DNA of 64,000 bases from Candidatus Doudnabacteria bacterium RIFCSPHIGHO2_01_FULL_46_24 (GCA_001777575.1 MFEL01000008.1:42634-106633), one strand, 5' to 3'. Shown: positions 1-10,587, counted from the stretch's first letter. Translations and numbers: made by a program. The notes: generated from the sequence alone by a model not told the origin.

Positions 1-105
1 CGACCGGCTAAAATTCACCCAAACCCACCCGTCAGCCAAACTAGTTAAGGAAGCAAAAAATCAATTCAGGCAGCTGATTATGCTGGTCTATCAGGAACCT
101 TAAAC

Positions 106-1539
106 ATGCAATTATTCGCAATTCTAATCCTGGGAGCTATTCTCCGCCTTTATCACAACATTTCCGTTGCACTCTGGCATGATGAGGCTTTTTCCGCGCT
201 CTACATCCGCTATCCATGGGGAGAGATGTTGGGCAGAATCATTGCCGACGTTCACCCTCCACTCTATTACTTCATTCTGCGGTTCTGGTCGTACATTTTC
301 GGCCAATCCCTCCTCTCCCTGCGCGGACTTTCAATTTTATTCGGCATCGCCACTATTTGGATGGGCTTTGTGCTGTTCAAGCAAATTTTTAGCAACAAAA
401 AATGGGCTTTGCTAGCCGCATTGCTAATAGCCATCAACCCATTTCAAATACAATATGCCTTGGAGGCCCGCATGTATACTTTGGGCACTTTCTTGTCGCT
501 TGTCACTTGTTACTTGTTACTCAAAGCCCTCGAGAACGACCAGCGAAAATATTGGGTCTGGTACGGCATCACCGCTGCGCTCACGCTCTACACGCACTAT
601 TTCCTGTTTTTCACTGTTGCCGCGCAAGTTATATACATCATTTATGTCTGGTTCAAAAAAAGAATCAGTCTAAAAAATCCCCTGCTGTCCGGCATCATTG
701 TGGCCGCAATGTATGCACCGTGGCTGCCTTCATTTCTAGTCCAGAACCGACGGGTGTCAGAAGCGTATTGGATTCCAGAAATGGATCGCTGGGCGATTCC
801 GGGCACCGTTTGGAAAATGATATTTGGTGGGCAAAATGTTTCCCGCCCCCTTTTAATTTTGACAACTCTGGCATGTATTGCCTTGCTTATCTACTTTTGG
901 CGTAAAACAAAATCCGAAACCAAATTCCTGATTCTATTCTCCTTGCTCGTCCCCTTTCTGGGTTCTATCTTAATCTCGCTCAAAACCTCCATCTACCTTG
1001 ACCGTTATTTCGTGTTTGCGGGTTTGTTCTTGATTGCCGCTATCGCCGCAGCGTTAATGCAAGTTCCAAATTACAGCGTGCGCAGAATCCTGGCCGCGGT
1101 TTTGGTAATTTTAAGCCTTGCGATGTTTTTCAAAAATTGGAAGGAACTGAACATCAAAAACAAGCCGGGTATGGCTGCGGCAAGCCGGATCATAAATGAA
1201 CAGGCGACGAAAGACGACAAAATTTATGTCGGCTCAAGCTTCATTTTTTTCACATTCAGATACTACAATGAAACCGGAATTAAGCCCTTGCTTTATTCCT
1301 CCGGCTCCCTCGAAACAATTCCGCACTTCTCTGGCACGGCGCTTCTTACAAACGACGATTTAATTTTGGATTTCAAGCAAGCGGAAAAAAACGACCGAGT
1401 TTGGCTGCTCTGGACCACCGGCTTTGGCGCCAGCAAGCCCAATGTCCCGGGAAATTGGAGCATTGTCTCCGAGCATGAATTCCAGGACACCCCTGACTTC
1501 AAAGGTAAAATCGTGGTCACCGAGTACCACGTCAATTAA
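106..1539 (+). CDS. GT-C fold (GT39/PMT-like) integral-membrane glycosyltransferase
   Basis: 477 aa, many TM segments, motifs LWHDEAFS, DVHPPLYY, EARMY typical of PMT_2/GT39-like proteins. Confidence 0.85.
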   Translation: MQLFAILILGAILRLYHNISVALWHDEAFSALYIRYPWGEMLGRIIADVHPPLYYFILRFWSYIFGQSLLSLRGLSILFGIATIWMGFVLFKQIFSNKKWALLAALLIAINPFQIQYALEARMYTLGTFLSLVTCYLLLKALENDQRKYWVWYGITAALTLYTHYFLFFTVAAQVIYIIYVWFKKRISLKNPLLSGIIVAAMYAPWLPSFLVQNRRVSEAYWIPEMDRWAIPGTVWKMIFGGQNVSRPLLILTTLACIALLIYFWRKTKSETKFLILFSLLVPFLGSILISLKTSIYLDRYFVFAGLFLIAAIAAALMQVPNYSVRRILAAVLVILSLAMFFKNWKELNIKNKPGMAAASRIINEQATKDDKIYVGSSFIFFTFRYYNETGIKPLLYSSGSLETIPHFSGTALLTNDDLILDFKQAEKNDRVWLLWTTGFGASKPNVPGNWSIVSEHEFQDTPDFKGKIVVTEYHVN

Positions 1540-1593
1540 AGCACTTGTTCGAAATTTTGAAATACTGAACTGACTAATAATGTTTGTTAAACA

Positions 1594-1625
1594 AATCCTT
1601 CACTGCACCGTAGTAGTGAAGTATT
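1594..1625. repeat. 32-nt palindromic element (CTTCACTGC family), degenerate copy
   Basis: aatccttcactgc-accgta-gtagtgaagtatt; near-identical to the perfect palindrome at 19857-19888. Confidence 0.75.
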
Positions 1626-1697
1626 TTTTTTATTCCCTACTAAACGATACCTACACCCTATTAACTTTTCGCACAATCCCCTTATTCGCATCCACGT

Positions 1698-1815
1698 GGT
1701 CCCGACGACGCAAGGAATATTCATTTCTCTGGCAATAATCGAAGCGTGAGATAAAGCTCCTGGGTAGTCAGTCACAATTCCCCTGACTCTCTTGAAGACG
1801 GCATAATTTTTGGCT
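1698..1815 (-). pseudogene. Remnant of a PEP-utilising enzyme mobile (phospho-His swivel) domain
   Basis: Frame reads VRGIVTDYPGALSHASIIAREMNIPCVVGT (signature xxSHAxIxAREx4PxVVG); in-frame stop just upstream, similarity lost after VVGT. Confidence 0.75.
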
Positions 1816-1878
1816 TAGTCAAAGAATATCTGCCATACCGCATCGTTTTGCAACTCGCGGCGTTCAAAAATCGTTTCT

Positions 1879-2565
1879 CTATCCATGAATTATTGTCCCC
1901 TTAAACTTCCTCCCTGAAAGGAAGTTTTTTAGATTTGAAATCGGATTGCCGTTGAGCATGATTACGGTCAGCCCTAATTTTTGCGCCAGTTTCGAAGCAA
2001 TAGGATCAAACGGCAGATTGGCTCCCGGATGCCACTTGTTGCCTACTAATTTCCGAAATTCTGGCCAAGTTACAGTTTTAAGCGGCTTGGCGTTTCGGCG
2101 CTTAGATGGATCCTTATCGTAAACATAGTCAATATTGCTTAAATTCAAAATTGTTTTTACGCCATATTTGTGAGCCAAAACCACAGCGTCATGATCAGTA
2201 GAAAACCCCGGCCGGAACCCTGCCGCTATGACAATAGGCCTGCTGACTCTTTGCGGCTTGTAGGGATTGGTATTGATTTCAGGATGAGCTAAATTGCGAA
2301 AAATCGTGCGCAGGAGGTGCCCATTTAAGCGCGTCGAATGGATGCCCAACCAGTCCAAATCGTCACGATTGAGCATGCGTAATTCCCTAGCCGCCGCGGC
2401 ATAACGACGCGCGATTTTTCCGCCCCCAGTAATCAGGACAAATTTCCTGCCTCGGCGAACCTCAGCCTCAATAACCCTCTTAAATTCAGACAAAAACCTT
2501 ACATCAATCTGTTCCGGCACAATTAGCGAGCCGCCCAGAGAAATCACGAACCTTTCCGTCTTCAT
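1879..2565 (-). CDS. pyrH: UMP kinase, short archaeal-type
   Basis: VISLGGS, GGGKIARRY, PGFSTDHDA, NIDYVYDKDP, PFDPIA motifs. Confidence 0.9.
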   Translation of the reverse strand: MKTERFVISLGGSLIVPEQIDVRFLSEFKRVIEAEVRRGRKFVLITGGGKIARRYAAAARELRMLNRDDLDWLGIHSTRLNGHLLRTIFRNLAHPEINTNPYKPQRVSRPIVIAAGFRPGFSTDHDAVVLAHKYGVKTILNLSNIDYVYDKDPSKRRNAKPLKTVTWPEFRKLVGNKWHPGANLPFDPIASKLAQKLGLTVIMLNGNPISNLKNFLSGRKFKGTIIHG

Positions 2566-3482
2566 TTTTGTTCTCCTTCCGCTGCCGCGGGAATTTGCGC
2601 GCAGGGTGTTGACTTAAAACAATAATAAACCCATTTTTCGCTTCTCATGTCAACGTAAGCCAATCTGGCGCGGTCCTTGGCTGGAATTTGTTTTGACAAT
2701 AACATGCTTAACCCGGATAGTTGGGAATATACCGAGCGGTTGACGTCAAAAAAAGCCGACCACTCTTCCGCGGAAATAAATTGCACTTCATTGGCATATT
2801 TGCTGGTCAATTTGATCGAGTTGACCCTTGTCGCTATCTTGGATGGCCAAGATTTGTGCATGGATAAAATAAATGCAGTCAATTTGGTGTTCGATAAATA
2901 CTCTCCCACCACAACATCTTCTTCAGTTTGCAAAGCCACTTCGGGAAGCCCGTGATTTTCAACGGTTTCCCGGATTACAGTGCCGCTTTCGTCAACCAAG
3001 AATTTCCTATCCTTCACAGCCAGCACAAAACCCGGCACGCGCTCCTTGATTTCGATTTCGATCCGGCGAAACCCGATTCGGTCGGATTTAACCACTTCTT
3101 GTATTTCCGGCAGCGCATTGGTCAACATCTTGTTGACCCTGCCGCGGGTTAAGAGCAGGTAATGGTTCTTTTTGACAAGCAGCAAGCGATTGTTGCCGAT
3201 GGCTTCCAGAGCCTGCTGGATCTGTCCCTGTGTGACCTGACTATTGCCTGCCACCGCCACCTCCGTGATGACAAACCGACTGGAAACGACAAGATAGTAA
3301 ACTATGATGAGCGCCAAAACAATAAGCAACCATTTCAAAAATCTGAAGCGGAAAAGAAAATAGCGAACCGGCGCCAAACTCCGCTTGTAGTTTTGAGCCT
3401 GCCTCAGCCGCGATCGGAATTCCCGTCCCCCGAACCGACGGTGCGGCTCCAGTTTCCTTCTATGCTTCGAAAAAATTTTCAT
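2562..3482 (-). CDS. ftsQ: Cell division protein FtsQ/DivIB-like (POTRA domain)
   Basis: Basic N-terminus, one TM, 'ITEVAVAGNSQV', 'IEIKER', C-terminal 'YVDMR'. Confidence 0.7.
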   Translation of the reverse strand: MKIFSKHRRKLEPHRRFGGREFRSRLRQAQNYKRSLAPVRYFLFRFRFLKWLLIVLALIIVYYLVVSSRFVITEVAVAGNSQVTQGQIQQALEAIGNNRLLLVKKNHYLLLTRGRVNKMLTNALPEIQEVVKSDRIGFRRIEIEIKERVPGFVLAVKDRKFLVDESGTVIRETVENHGLPEVALQTEEDVVVGEYLSNTKLTAFILSMHKSWPSKIATRVNSIKLTSKYANEVQFISAEEWSAFFDVNRSVYSQLSGLSMLLSKQIPAKDRARLAYVDMRSEKWVYYCFKSTPCAQIPAAAEGEQK

Positions 3483-4534
3483 ATAATCATGCTTTTGAGG
3501 TCTTTGGGGATTTTGCTATGAATCTTGGGCTGTTTAGCCACGGTTATCATATCTTCTATTCTAACACCAAATTTGCCCGGCAGATAAATTCCAGGCTCAA
3601 CAGTCACCACGGAATTGACTTTCAGGACATCCTCAGAAGCGGGTGAAAAGTTGGGTTGTTCGTGAATTTCCAAACCTACGCCATGGCCGGTATTGTGGGT
3701 GAAATATTTGCCAAAACCGGCTTGGGTGATAACTTTGCGCGCGGTTTGATCAACCAACGAAGCTTTGTTGCCTATCTGGACTTTCGCGATGGCCTTAAGT
3801 TGGGAGTGTAAAACTGTTTCGTAAACTTTGGCTTGAAAACCTGTTGGCCGGCCAAGAAACAGGGTTCGTGTGAAGTCTGAGTGGTAATTTCCGACTTTGA
3901 AGCCGAAATCCAAAAGCAAAAAATTATTTCTGCCGACTCTGGTCTTGCTGGGAAAATGATGCGGGCTGGCTGCGTTGGAACCAAAAGCTACTATGGGATC
4001 GAAAGCCAAGCCTTCTGCGTCCAACTCTGTCCCATATTTCAAAATCAGTCCTGCAATTTTTGCTTCGGTTAACTCATATTTATTTATATATGCGCGTATA
4101 TACTTTTTTATTTGCTCAAAAGTCTTATCAATAATTGCACTGCCTCGCTCAATCGCCTTAAGCTGTGCTTTGGTCTTTACTGCTCGCACGTTCTCGATGA
4201 CATTAGCAGTTGATTTCCAACTAACCCCTTTCCCAATTTTCTTGAGGCTGGCAAACTCCCGCAAACTGATCCGATCCTCAATCGCGATTTTTTTATACTT
4301 AGCAAGAACCAAGTCTTTGCTAAGTCTTTCTAATTTTCTCACCGGCATGCCTGACTCTTTTTTTGCGCGCAAAAAATACCTCCCGTCAACATACAAAACC
4401 GCCTCGCGCTTGCTTATTACTAAATACCCGGCTGACCCCGTAAATCCCGAAAGATACTGCCGATTGATTTTGGTCAACACCAAAAAAGCATCCAGTTTTT
4501 TTTCAACCAGATAATCATGGATTTGGTTTGTCAT
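3479..4534 (-). CDS. Xaa-Pro aminopeptidase (M24B)
   Basis: YLSGFTGS, PHH, LLDFG, SDFTRT, HNTGHGVGLEIHE, TVEPG, GVRIED. Confidence 0.92.
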   Translation of the reverse strand: MTNQIHDYLVEKKLDAFLVLTKINRQYLSGFTGSAGYLVISKREAVLYVDGRYFLRAKKESGMPVRKLERLSKDLVLAKYKKIAIEDRISLREFASLKKIGKGVSWKSTANVIENVRAVKTKAQLKAIERGSAIIDKTFEQIKKYIRAYINKYELTEAKIAGLILKYGTELDAEGLAFDPIVAFGSNAASPHHFPSKTRVGRNNFLLLDFGFKVGNYHSDFTRTLFLGRPTGFQAKVYETVLHSQLKAIAKVQIGNKASLVDQTARKVITQAGFGKYFTHNTGHGVGLEIHEQPNFSPASEDVLKVNSVVTVEPGIYLPGKFGVRIEDMITVAKQPKIHSKIPKDLKSMII

Positions 4535-5681
4535 CCCTTATTTGTAATTTAATGGATTTGGTTGAATCGAGAAGGGAGGATTCGAACGTGGAAATGTAAG
4601 AATTTCGTTGCTGATGCTTTTCTTGGGCCAATTTAAGCAGGGCAGTCACGACTTCTTCCAATTCCATGCCCGAAGCTTTCCAGAGGTGGTGGTAAAGCGT
4701 TCCCGGCATAGTATTGATCTCATTGGCAAAATACTGCTCAGTTTGCTTATTATACAAAAAATCAACGCGGGCGATGCCGCTGCAGCCGAATTTTTTAAAA
4801 ATTTCCACGGCCAGATTCCGGATTTCTGAAGTTGTTTTGTCATCCAGCCTGGCAGGAATAATGATGTTCTGCTGGGCATTGCCCAACTGTGCGCCGCCGT
4901 CTTTGAGATATTTCTCGTCATAGGAGAATAATTCACTTTCAAACACCGATTCTTGCAGCAGCGATGGGCTGGCGTCGTCATTGCCAAGCACAGCGCAGGT
5001 GACATCCATCAAATTTTCTACGGTTTCTTCCACCAAAAAACGCTCGCCGTAGTGTGCGGCAACCTCAATCGCTTCCTCCAACTCCTTGGGATTTTTTGCT
5101 TTGGCAATTCCGATGGACGAGCCAAGCTTGGCTGGTTTGACAAACAACGGCCACCTAAACTTGCTTGCCTCGTTCATTATTGCACTCTTGTTTTTTTGCC
5201 ACTCTCGGGTGGAGTAAAACAAAAATTTGGCCGTTGGTATGCCAAGTTTCTCATAAAGCTGCTTGGTCAGAATCTTGTCCATGGTCACCGCCGAAGAAAC
5301 CACGTCACAGCCGACGTAAGGCAGGTTAAAAATTTCAAACAAGCCTTGGATTGTGCCGTCTTCGCCGTTCATGCCGTGAAAAGCCGGAAAAGCCAGCTCG
5401 ATTTCGTATCGTTTTTTTAGCAATCCTACCGACGCAAATACCATCTTGCCGTTGCTTGACTGCAAATCCAAAACAAACTTGCTGCGTTTCGGGAGAGGGA
5501 ATTGCTGAAAAAATTTCAGGCTCCCCAGTTCTTCGCCGACATTCCAATCTCCGTCTTTGTCCAAATAAACCGGAGTCACTTTGTGCCCCAGCTTCCTAAG
5601 CGTGGAAATTATGAGCTGCCCAGTAATGATTGAGATATCATGTTCCGGGCTGCGGCTCCCAAAAAATACCCCGATATTCAT
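4515..5681 (-). CDS. ddl: D-alanine--D-alanine ligase
   Basis: GSRSPEHDIS, HGMNGEDG, KPAKLGSSIGI, ARVDF, NEINTMPG. Confidence 0.95.
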   Translation of the reverse strand: MNIGVFFGSRSPEHDISIITGQLIISTLRKLGHKVTPVYLDKDGDWNVGEELGSLKFFQQFPLPKRSKFVLDLQSSNGKMVFASVGLLKKRYEIELAFPAFHGMNGEDGTIQGLFEIFNLPYVGCDVVSSAVTMDKILTKQLYEKLGIPTAKFLFYSTREWQKNKSAIMNEASKFRWPLFVKPAKLGSSIGIAKAKNPKELEEAIEVAAHYGERFLVEETVENLMDVTCAVLGNDDASPSLLQESVFESELFSYDEKYLKDGGAQLGNAQQNIIIPARLDDKTTSEIRNLAVEIFKKFGCSGIARVDFLYNKQTEQYFANEINTMPGTLYHHLWKASGMELEEVVTALLKLAQEKHQQRNSYISTFESSLLDSTKSIKLQIRDDKPNP

Positions 5682-5686
5682 AAGTG

Positions 5687-5790
5687 TGATGCGAATTTAC
5701 GAATTTCATGCGAATGCTGCGAATATGCAAATCTTGGCGTTAGTCCATTCGCATATTTGTAGATTCGCATACATTCGCAGATTCGTATCA
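5687..5790. repeat. ~105-nt inverted array of (T/C)GCGAAT-like 8-9-mers (family A); empty element between murF stop and ddl start
   Basis: Left arm tgatgcgaatttacgaat..., right arm ...attcgcagattcgtatca; reverse-orientation homologue of 57905-58020 and 58398-58513. Confidence 0.9.
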
Positions 5791-7128
5791 TGTATAATTC
5801 TCCGGCCAATCGTTTTGAAACAAAATGACGTCTCCCGGCTTTACGATGCTCTTAATTGCATTGTGCGCTAGATGGGCTGATCCGAACCATTTGATGTTTT
5901 CGGATTTGAAGCCTTCCTGCAACAAACCCTGTTCAATAAATGGCGTAGCCGAATTTTTAATCAATATGACCACATCCGCCGCATGCGCCAATTGCTTGCC
6001 GATTTCTTTGTGCACCGCTTCGGTTCGGCTGCCCATCTCCACCAAACCAGGTGTGACATAAATTTTTCGCTTATCCTGAAAACCTGCCAAAACTTTTATT
6101 GCCTCTGCCGCCCCATCCGGATTACCATTGTAACTGTCATCAATTACCACCACCCCATTCGAGTTGGGCAGAATTTGAAGGCGATGCGGAATCTGCTTAA
6201 TTTTGCCAATACCGTCACGAATTTCCAACTCGCTTAAACCCAATTCTTTAGCAATTATAACACAGGCGTTGACAACACCCCAAGCGTAACTGCCCAGAAG
6301 CGGCATTTTCACATTTGGAAGCATCTGCAATTCTTTGGAATACCAGAAAACTGGACGCTCGCCAAGATATTTTTGATAGTTTTGCTTGATCAACTCACTG
6401 TCAGAATTCAAAACCACCAACGCCTGCGACTTGGAATTGACGACGATTTCAAACTTAGCCGCAATGGTGTTCTTAATCCCACCAAACAGCTCCAGGTGCG
6501 CTTCATTGATTCCGGTCAGCAACACAATGTCCGGCTGGGCAATAGCGCAAAGCTGAAAAATATCTCCCCTTTTATATGCCCCCATCTCAACGACAAAGAG
6601 CTCGATGTCACCATCAAGCTTATCTAAAATCAGTCGCGAGATTCCCAGCGGAGTATTGATATTTTCCGGCGTGGTTAGGACTTTGAAACGTTGGGATAAA
6701 ACGGCAGACAGGCTTTCCTTCATCGTGGTTTTGCCGAAACTGCCAGTAATGCCGATGATCTTAAGTTTTGGCAGTGTCCGCATTTTTGTCCTAGCCTGAG
6801 CAACTATATAATGCTTAATGGCAAAATCCAGGGGAAAGAGAATGAGCACGGATAAACTTAAAAATATGGGAGCCAACAGGTTTGCCCAAATCAGCCACAG
6901 GAACAGGAAAGCCACAACAAACCAGGGGCCGGTAAATAGGGCTTCAAAATAAGCAACAGTTGCCGCAAATAAAATTGATAATGTCAAAATCGCCAAGGCT
7001 TTGGGCGTCCAGACTATTTTTTTTCGAGGCGCTTGTTTGACCTTAAACACGCCCTTCCAGTAGCGGAGCAGGCTATAATTATTCAGTTGTAAAAAATACA
7101 ATTGGTGCAAGATTGGCCAGCGCGTCAT
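5788..7128 (-). CDS. murF: UDP-MurNAc-tripeptide--D-Ala-D-Ala ligase with N-terminal TM segments
   Basis: GITGSFGKTT P-loop, VVEMG, IDDSYNGNP; adjacent to ddl. Confidence 0.85.
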   Translation of the reverse strand: MTRWPILHQLYFLQLNNYSLLRYWKGVFKVKQAPRKKIVWTPKALAILTLSILFAATVAYFEALFTGPWFVVAFLFLWLIWANLLAPIFLSLSVLILFPLDFAIKHYIVAQARTKMRTLPKLKIIGITGSFGKTTMKESLSAVLSQRFKVLTTPENINTPLGISRLILDKLDGDIELFVVEMGAYKRGDIFQLCAIAQPDIVLLTGINEAHLELFGGIKNTIAAKFEIVVNSKSQALVVLNSDSELIKQNYQKYLGERPVFWYSKELQMLPNVKMPLLGSYAWGVVNACVIIAKELGLSELEIRDGIGKIKQIPHRLQILPNSNGVVVIDDSYNGNPDGAAEAIKVLAGFQDKRKIYVTPGLVEMGSRTEAVHKEIGKQLAHAADVVILIKNSATPFIEQGLLQEGFKSENIKWFGSAHLAHNAIKSIVKPGDVILFQNDWPENYT

Positions 7129-7901
7129 AAGACAAAACCTTCCAAGGCTTTAATAAAACCGGGAGAGTCATCCAGAAAGCTAAAATGCCCGGTAGACGGC
7201 AAAACCACCAGCCGCGACGCTGGGATCAAATCCTTCATTCGATTGCCGAATTCAAGGGGTGTTTCTCGATCCAGCTGGCCCCAAACTAACAGGGTAGGGG
7301 TTTTGATTTTGGGCAAATATGCAGTCACATCCTCATTTATGACCTTAATAAAGGTTTCTTTGAGCTTGCCGCTTGAAGTGTAATCAGAGGCGCCAATTAT
7401 CTTGTAACCGAACCTTCTAAGCCCGCTTAGGCCAGGCAGGAATAAAATTGGCTTAAACAGCTTCATAATTGCTAAAACTGAATATTTCTTGAGACTTGTG
7501 TCCTTAAATCCCGCGCAGTCAACCAAAACCAGCTTTGAAATCAGTTCCGGATACGCGCTGGCAAGCTTGATGGCAATTCTGCCGCCGAATGAGTGCCCGA
7601 TTATTGCAGCGCTTTGAATTTCAAGCTTGGCCATAAAACTTTTCACCACCTCGGCATAATCACCGACGCTGAAAGGCCGCTGTGGCAGCTGGGAGCGGCC
7701 AAACCCCGGCAAATCCAAAGCATAAAATTTAACACTCCTGGAATCAAACACTTCTAGAATGGGCTGCCACGAAAGAGCACTGCCCTGCCAGCCGTGTAAA
7801 AAAACAGCCGTGGCTGCGGCAGCAGGAGGCTCGTTGCAGTAATAAGTCACTGATAAGCCGCTAACGATTATTTGACGCGGAGAGATGGACATGCTTGCCA
7901 A
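7125..7901 (-). CDS. Alpha/beta-fold hydrolase
   Basis: FLHGW, DLPGFG, GHSFGG nucleophile elbow, C-terminal GHF. Confidence 0.9.
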   Translation of the reverse strand: MASMSISPRQIIVSGLSVTYYCNEPPAAAATAVFLHGWQGSALSWQPILEVFDSRSVKFYALDLPGFGRSQLPQRPFSVGDYAEVVKSFMAKLEIQSAAIIGHSFGGRIAIKLASAYPELISKLVLVDCAGFKDTSLKKYSVLAIMKLFKPILFLPGLSGLRRFGYKIIGASDYTSSGKLKETFIKVINEDVTAYLPKIKTPTLLVWGQLDRETPLEFGNRMKDLIPASRLVVLPSTGHFSFLDDSPGFIKALEGFVL

Positions 7902-8658
7902 ACCATTTTTTTGCCAATTTGGAATAACCCGGGTTTAATTTCGTCACTTCCAAGATTATTTTTCCGCTTTTGCCAAGCTGGCTTTGAATTTCCGGATGCC
8001 GTTTGAGGTAACTTTCAAGCTTTCCAGACAGCAAATCTTCCTGCGCGATTATCTTAACATTTTTGGGCAAACCAGCGCGAATTTGCTTTCGAATCAGCCC
8101 GTAATGGGTGCAGCCCAGAATCAGGGCCTGGATGCGATTGGCAATAAGCGGTCTGAGGTAAATTTTTAACGGCTCAACCGTGCGGTTGAGGCGTTGAGCT
8201 TCGATTAGGTCCACCAGCGCGGGAGTAGCAACGGCAAATAGTTTAACGTCGGGATCAATATTCTCTAATTCGCGGCGGTATGCGCCAGAGGCCACGGTCT
8301 GGCGCGTGCCTATGAGCCCCACCCTACGGATGTTTCCGATAGTTTCCACGGTCGGCCGGATGATTCCCAAAATTTTCCTGCCCTTAAATCGCGAATGAGG
8401 TAAATAATCTTGCTGTAACTTTCGCAGCGCTTCTGACGAGACGGTATTGCAAGCAATGACCACCAGCGCGCAATCCTGCTTGAACATGTGCTCAACGGTC
8501 CTCACCGCCAATTTATAAATCTGAGCTTGGGACTTATTGCCATACGGCAAATTTTTGGTATCACCCAGATATAGATAATCGTATTGGGGCAGTTGGCGGG
8601 CAAGCTTCCTCAAAATCATCAACCCGCCCAGACCCGAGTCAAAAATTCCAATCTTCAT
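7861..8658 (-). CDS. murI: Glutamate racemase
   Basis: FDSGLGG, PYG, IACNT, LGCTHY. Confidence 0.95.
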   Translation of the reverse strand: MKIGIFDSGLGGLMILRKLARQLPQYDYLYLGDTKNLPYGNKSQAQIYKLAVRTVEHMFKQDCALVVIACNTVSSEALRKLQQDYLPHSRFKGRKILGIIRPTVETIGNIRRVGLIGTRQTVASGAYRRELENIDPDVKLFAVATPALVDLIEAQRLNRTVEPLKIYLRPLIANRIQALILGCTHYGLIRKQIRAGLPKNVKIIAQEDLLSGKLESYLKRHPEIQSQLGKSGKIILEVTKLNPGYSKLAKKWFGKHVHLSASNNR

Positions 8659-9959
8659 TACTGAATCACGTCAAATCCGGTAAATTCCTGCAAAGCTTTG
8701 GGGACGAGGATGGAGCCGTCAGCCTGCTGGTAATTTTCCATTATGGCGATGGCGGCGCGCATGGTGATGGCTGTGGCGTCATTGGTATGGAGCAGTTCCG
8801 TGGCACCGTCAGGCTTGCGGATCTTGATATTCAACCGGCGCGCTTGATAATCCGTCATCATGTCAGCCGTATGGGTTTCGCGGTAAAGTGCTTGTCCGGG
8901 AAGCCAGCAATTCAAATCCACTCCCCGGGCATTGGGATTACCAATGTCAGCAGTGCATTTCAGCAGCTTTTGGTATGGAATTTCCAAAACCTGCAGCAGA
9001 TACTCCTCAATCGCTACGAAAAACTGGTGCTCCTTGAATGAATTCTCAGCGGTGACAAAAGACTCCATCTCTACTTTGTCGAATTGGTGCAAGCGGATCA
9101 TACCCTTGACGTCTTTGCCGTAACTGCCGGCCTCGCGCCTAAAGCAGGTGGAAATACCGACATAGCGCAGGGGCAAATTTTTCTGGTCCAAAGCTTCGTC
9201 CGCATGCATGGAAACCAGCGTGTGTTCGGCGCTGCCGATAAGATACAAATCATCGTCCGGCAGATAATAACGCTCATTTTTATCCGCATCAGACAAACGC
9301 GCGGTTTTGCGGTAAATGTCAGACTTGATCATCACTGGCGGAATGATGGGAATGAACGGCTTGGCCGGATAGCCCTTTTCAACCGTGTCCGCAATTTTTT
9401 TCAAGGTCTGCTCGCTGGTCAACGTTCTAAGAACAAACTGGATCAAGGCCAGTTCTAAAATCGCCATGCCTCCCTTCCAATATCCGAACCTGCTGCCAGC
9501 CACTTTGGAGCCGCGCTTCATATCGACGACATCCAGCGCCTCTCCCAGCTCAAGATGGTCTTTGGGCTTAAACTTGAATTTCTTCGGTTTGCCCCACTCC
9601 GCCACGATTTGATTCTCAGTCTCATCCGCTCCCACCGGCACGTCCTTCCAAGGAATGTTGGGAATTTCGTACATAGCCAAGAGCCACCGGTCCTCCACTT
9701 CCTTAAGCTCCAGTTCCAGCTTGGAAAGCTTGTCTTTGATTTTCCTGCTTTCGTCGACCAGGCTGTCGTCCTTGCCTTTCTTCAGGTTTTTGGTGATTTC
9801 GTTGCGGCGGCTTCGAAGCGCCTCAGTCTCGATGATCAACTTCCGCCGCGTGTCGTCCAGGCTTAAAACTTCATCCAGGGCTTCAAGATTGGTTCCCTTG
9901 TCCTTGATCGCCTTGCGAACAACCTCTTGATTTTCCCTAATAAATTTTATGTCCAGCAT
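8658..9959 (-). CDS. serS: Serine--tRNA ligase
   Basis: MLDIKFIREN start, coiled-coil arm, FRREAGS..G..RLHQFDKVE, DYQARRL. Confidence 0.95.
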   Translation of the reverse strand: MLDIKFIRENQEVVRKAIKDKGTNLEALDEVLSLDDTRRKLIIETEALRSRRNEITKNLKKGKDDSLVDESRKIKDKLSKLELELKEVEDRWLLAMYEIPNIPWKDVPVGADETENQIVAEWGKPKKFKFKPKDHLELGEALDVVDMKRGSKVAGSRFGYWKGGMAILELALIQFVLRTLTSEQTLKKIADTVEKGYPAKPFIPIIPPVMIKSDIYRKTARLSDADKNERYYLPDDDLYLIGSAEHTLVSMHADEALDQKNLPLRYVGISTCFRREAGSYGKDVKGMIRLHQFDKVEMESFVTAENSFKEHQFFVAIEEYLLQVLEIPYQKLLKCTADIGNPNARGVDLNCWLPGQALYRETHTADMMTDYQARRLNIKIRKPDGATELLHTNDATAITMRAAIAIMENYQQADGSILVPKALQEFTGFDVIQ

Positions 9960-9962
9960 AAT

Positions 9963-9995
9963 TTACTGTTTCCTGATTACTGTTTACTGTTTGCT
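9963..9995. repeat. Heptamer tandem tract (TTACTGT)n
   Basis: ttactgt ttcctga ttactgt ttactgt ttgct; overlaps the stop codon of the HAM1 gene. Confidence 0.7.
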
Positions 9996-10586
9996 AATTT
10001 CCTTAAAAATATCGGTTAGTTTTTCCAAGGCGTGCTTGCGGTGGTCCAAAATTTTCTCTTCTTCCTCGTCGATTTCGCACCAGTATTTTTTGTAATTGGG
10101 CAGAAATGTAACGGAGCGGTACGGGTAGCGCGGAATGATTTTCTCGGATGGCTTGTCAGCGATAACCCCGGCAATCTCGCCGTGGGAAGTAAAAATCCCA
10201 AACGGGGTGGCAAGCGCGATCACTATGCTGAATTTACAAGTCCTTCTTTCAGCGGGAACACCTTGCATCCGCCTCATAACTTCCGCAATGATTTCCTGAT
10301 CCTTCATTTCATGCCCCAGCCAACGACGGCTTCGCACTCCCGGTTCGCCGCCTAAGGCATCGATTTCCATGCCGCCATCGTCAACCAAAGTCGGCAGGTG
10401 GGATTTTTCAAAATAATATTTAGCCTTATTGATCGCCTCTTCCTCAAACGTCTCGCTTTTTTCTTCCGGTTCCGGGATCTTCAAATCACCCGCCGAAACG
10501 ATTTCGAGCTTAAAATCTTTGAGGAATTTCTTGTAACTGTTCACCTTTGCCTGATTTCCGGTGCCAATAAGCAACTTTTTGGACAT
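9984..10586 (-). CDS. rdgB: Non-canonical purine NTP pyrophosphatase (HAM1/RdgB family)
   Basis: GTGNQAK, EEEAINKA, DDGGMEIDALGGEPGVRSRR, DHR. Confidence 0.85.
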   Translation of the reverse strand: MSKKLLIGTGNQAKVNSYKKFLKDFKLEIVSAGDLKIPEPEEKSETFEEEAINKAKYYFEKSHLPTLVDDGGMEIDALGGEPGVRSRRWLGHEMKDQEIIAEVMRRMQGVPAERRTCKFSIVIALATPFGIFTSHGEIAGVIADKPSEKIIPRYPYRSVTFLPNYKKYWCEIDEEEEKILDHRKHALEKLTDIFKEISKQ

Positions 10587-10587
10587 T

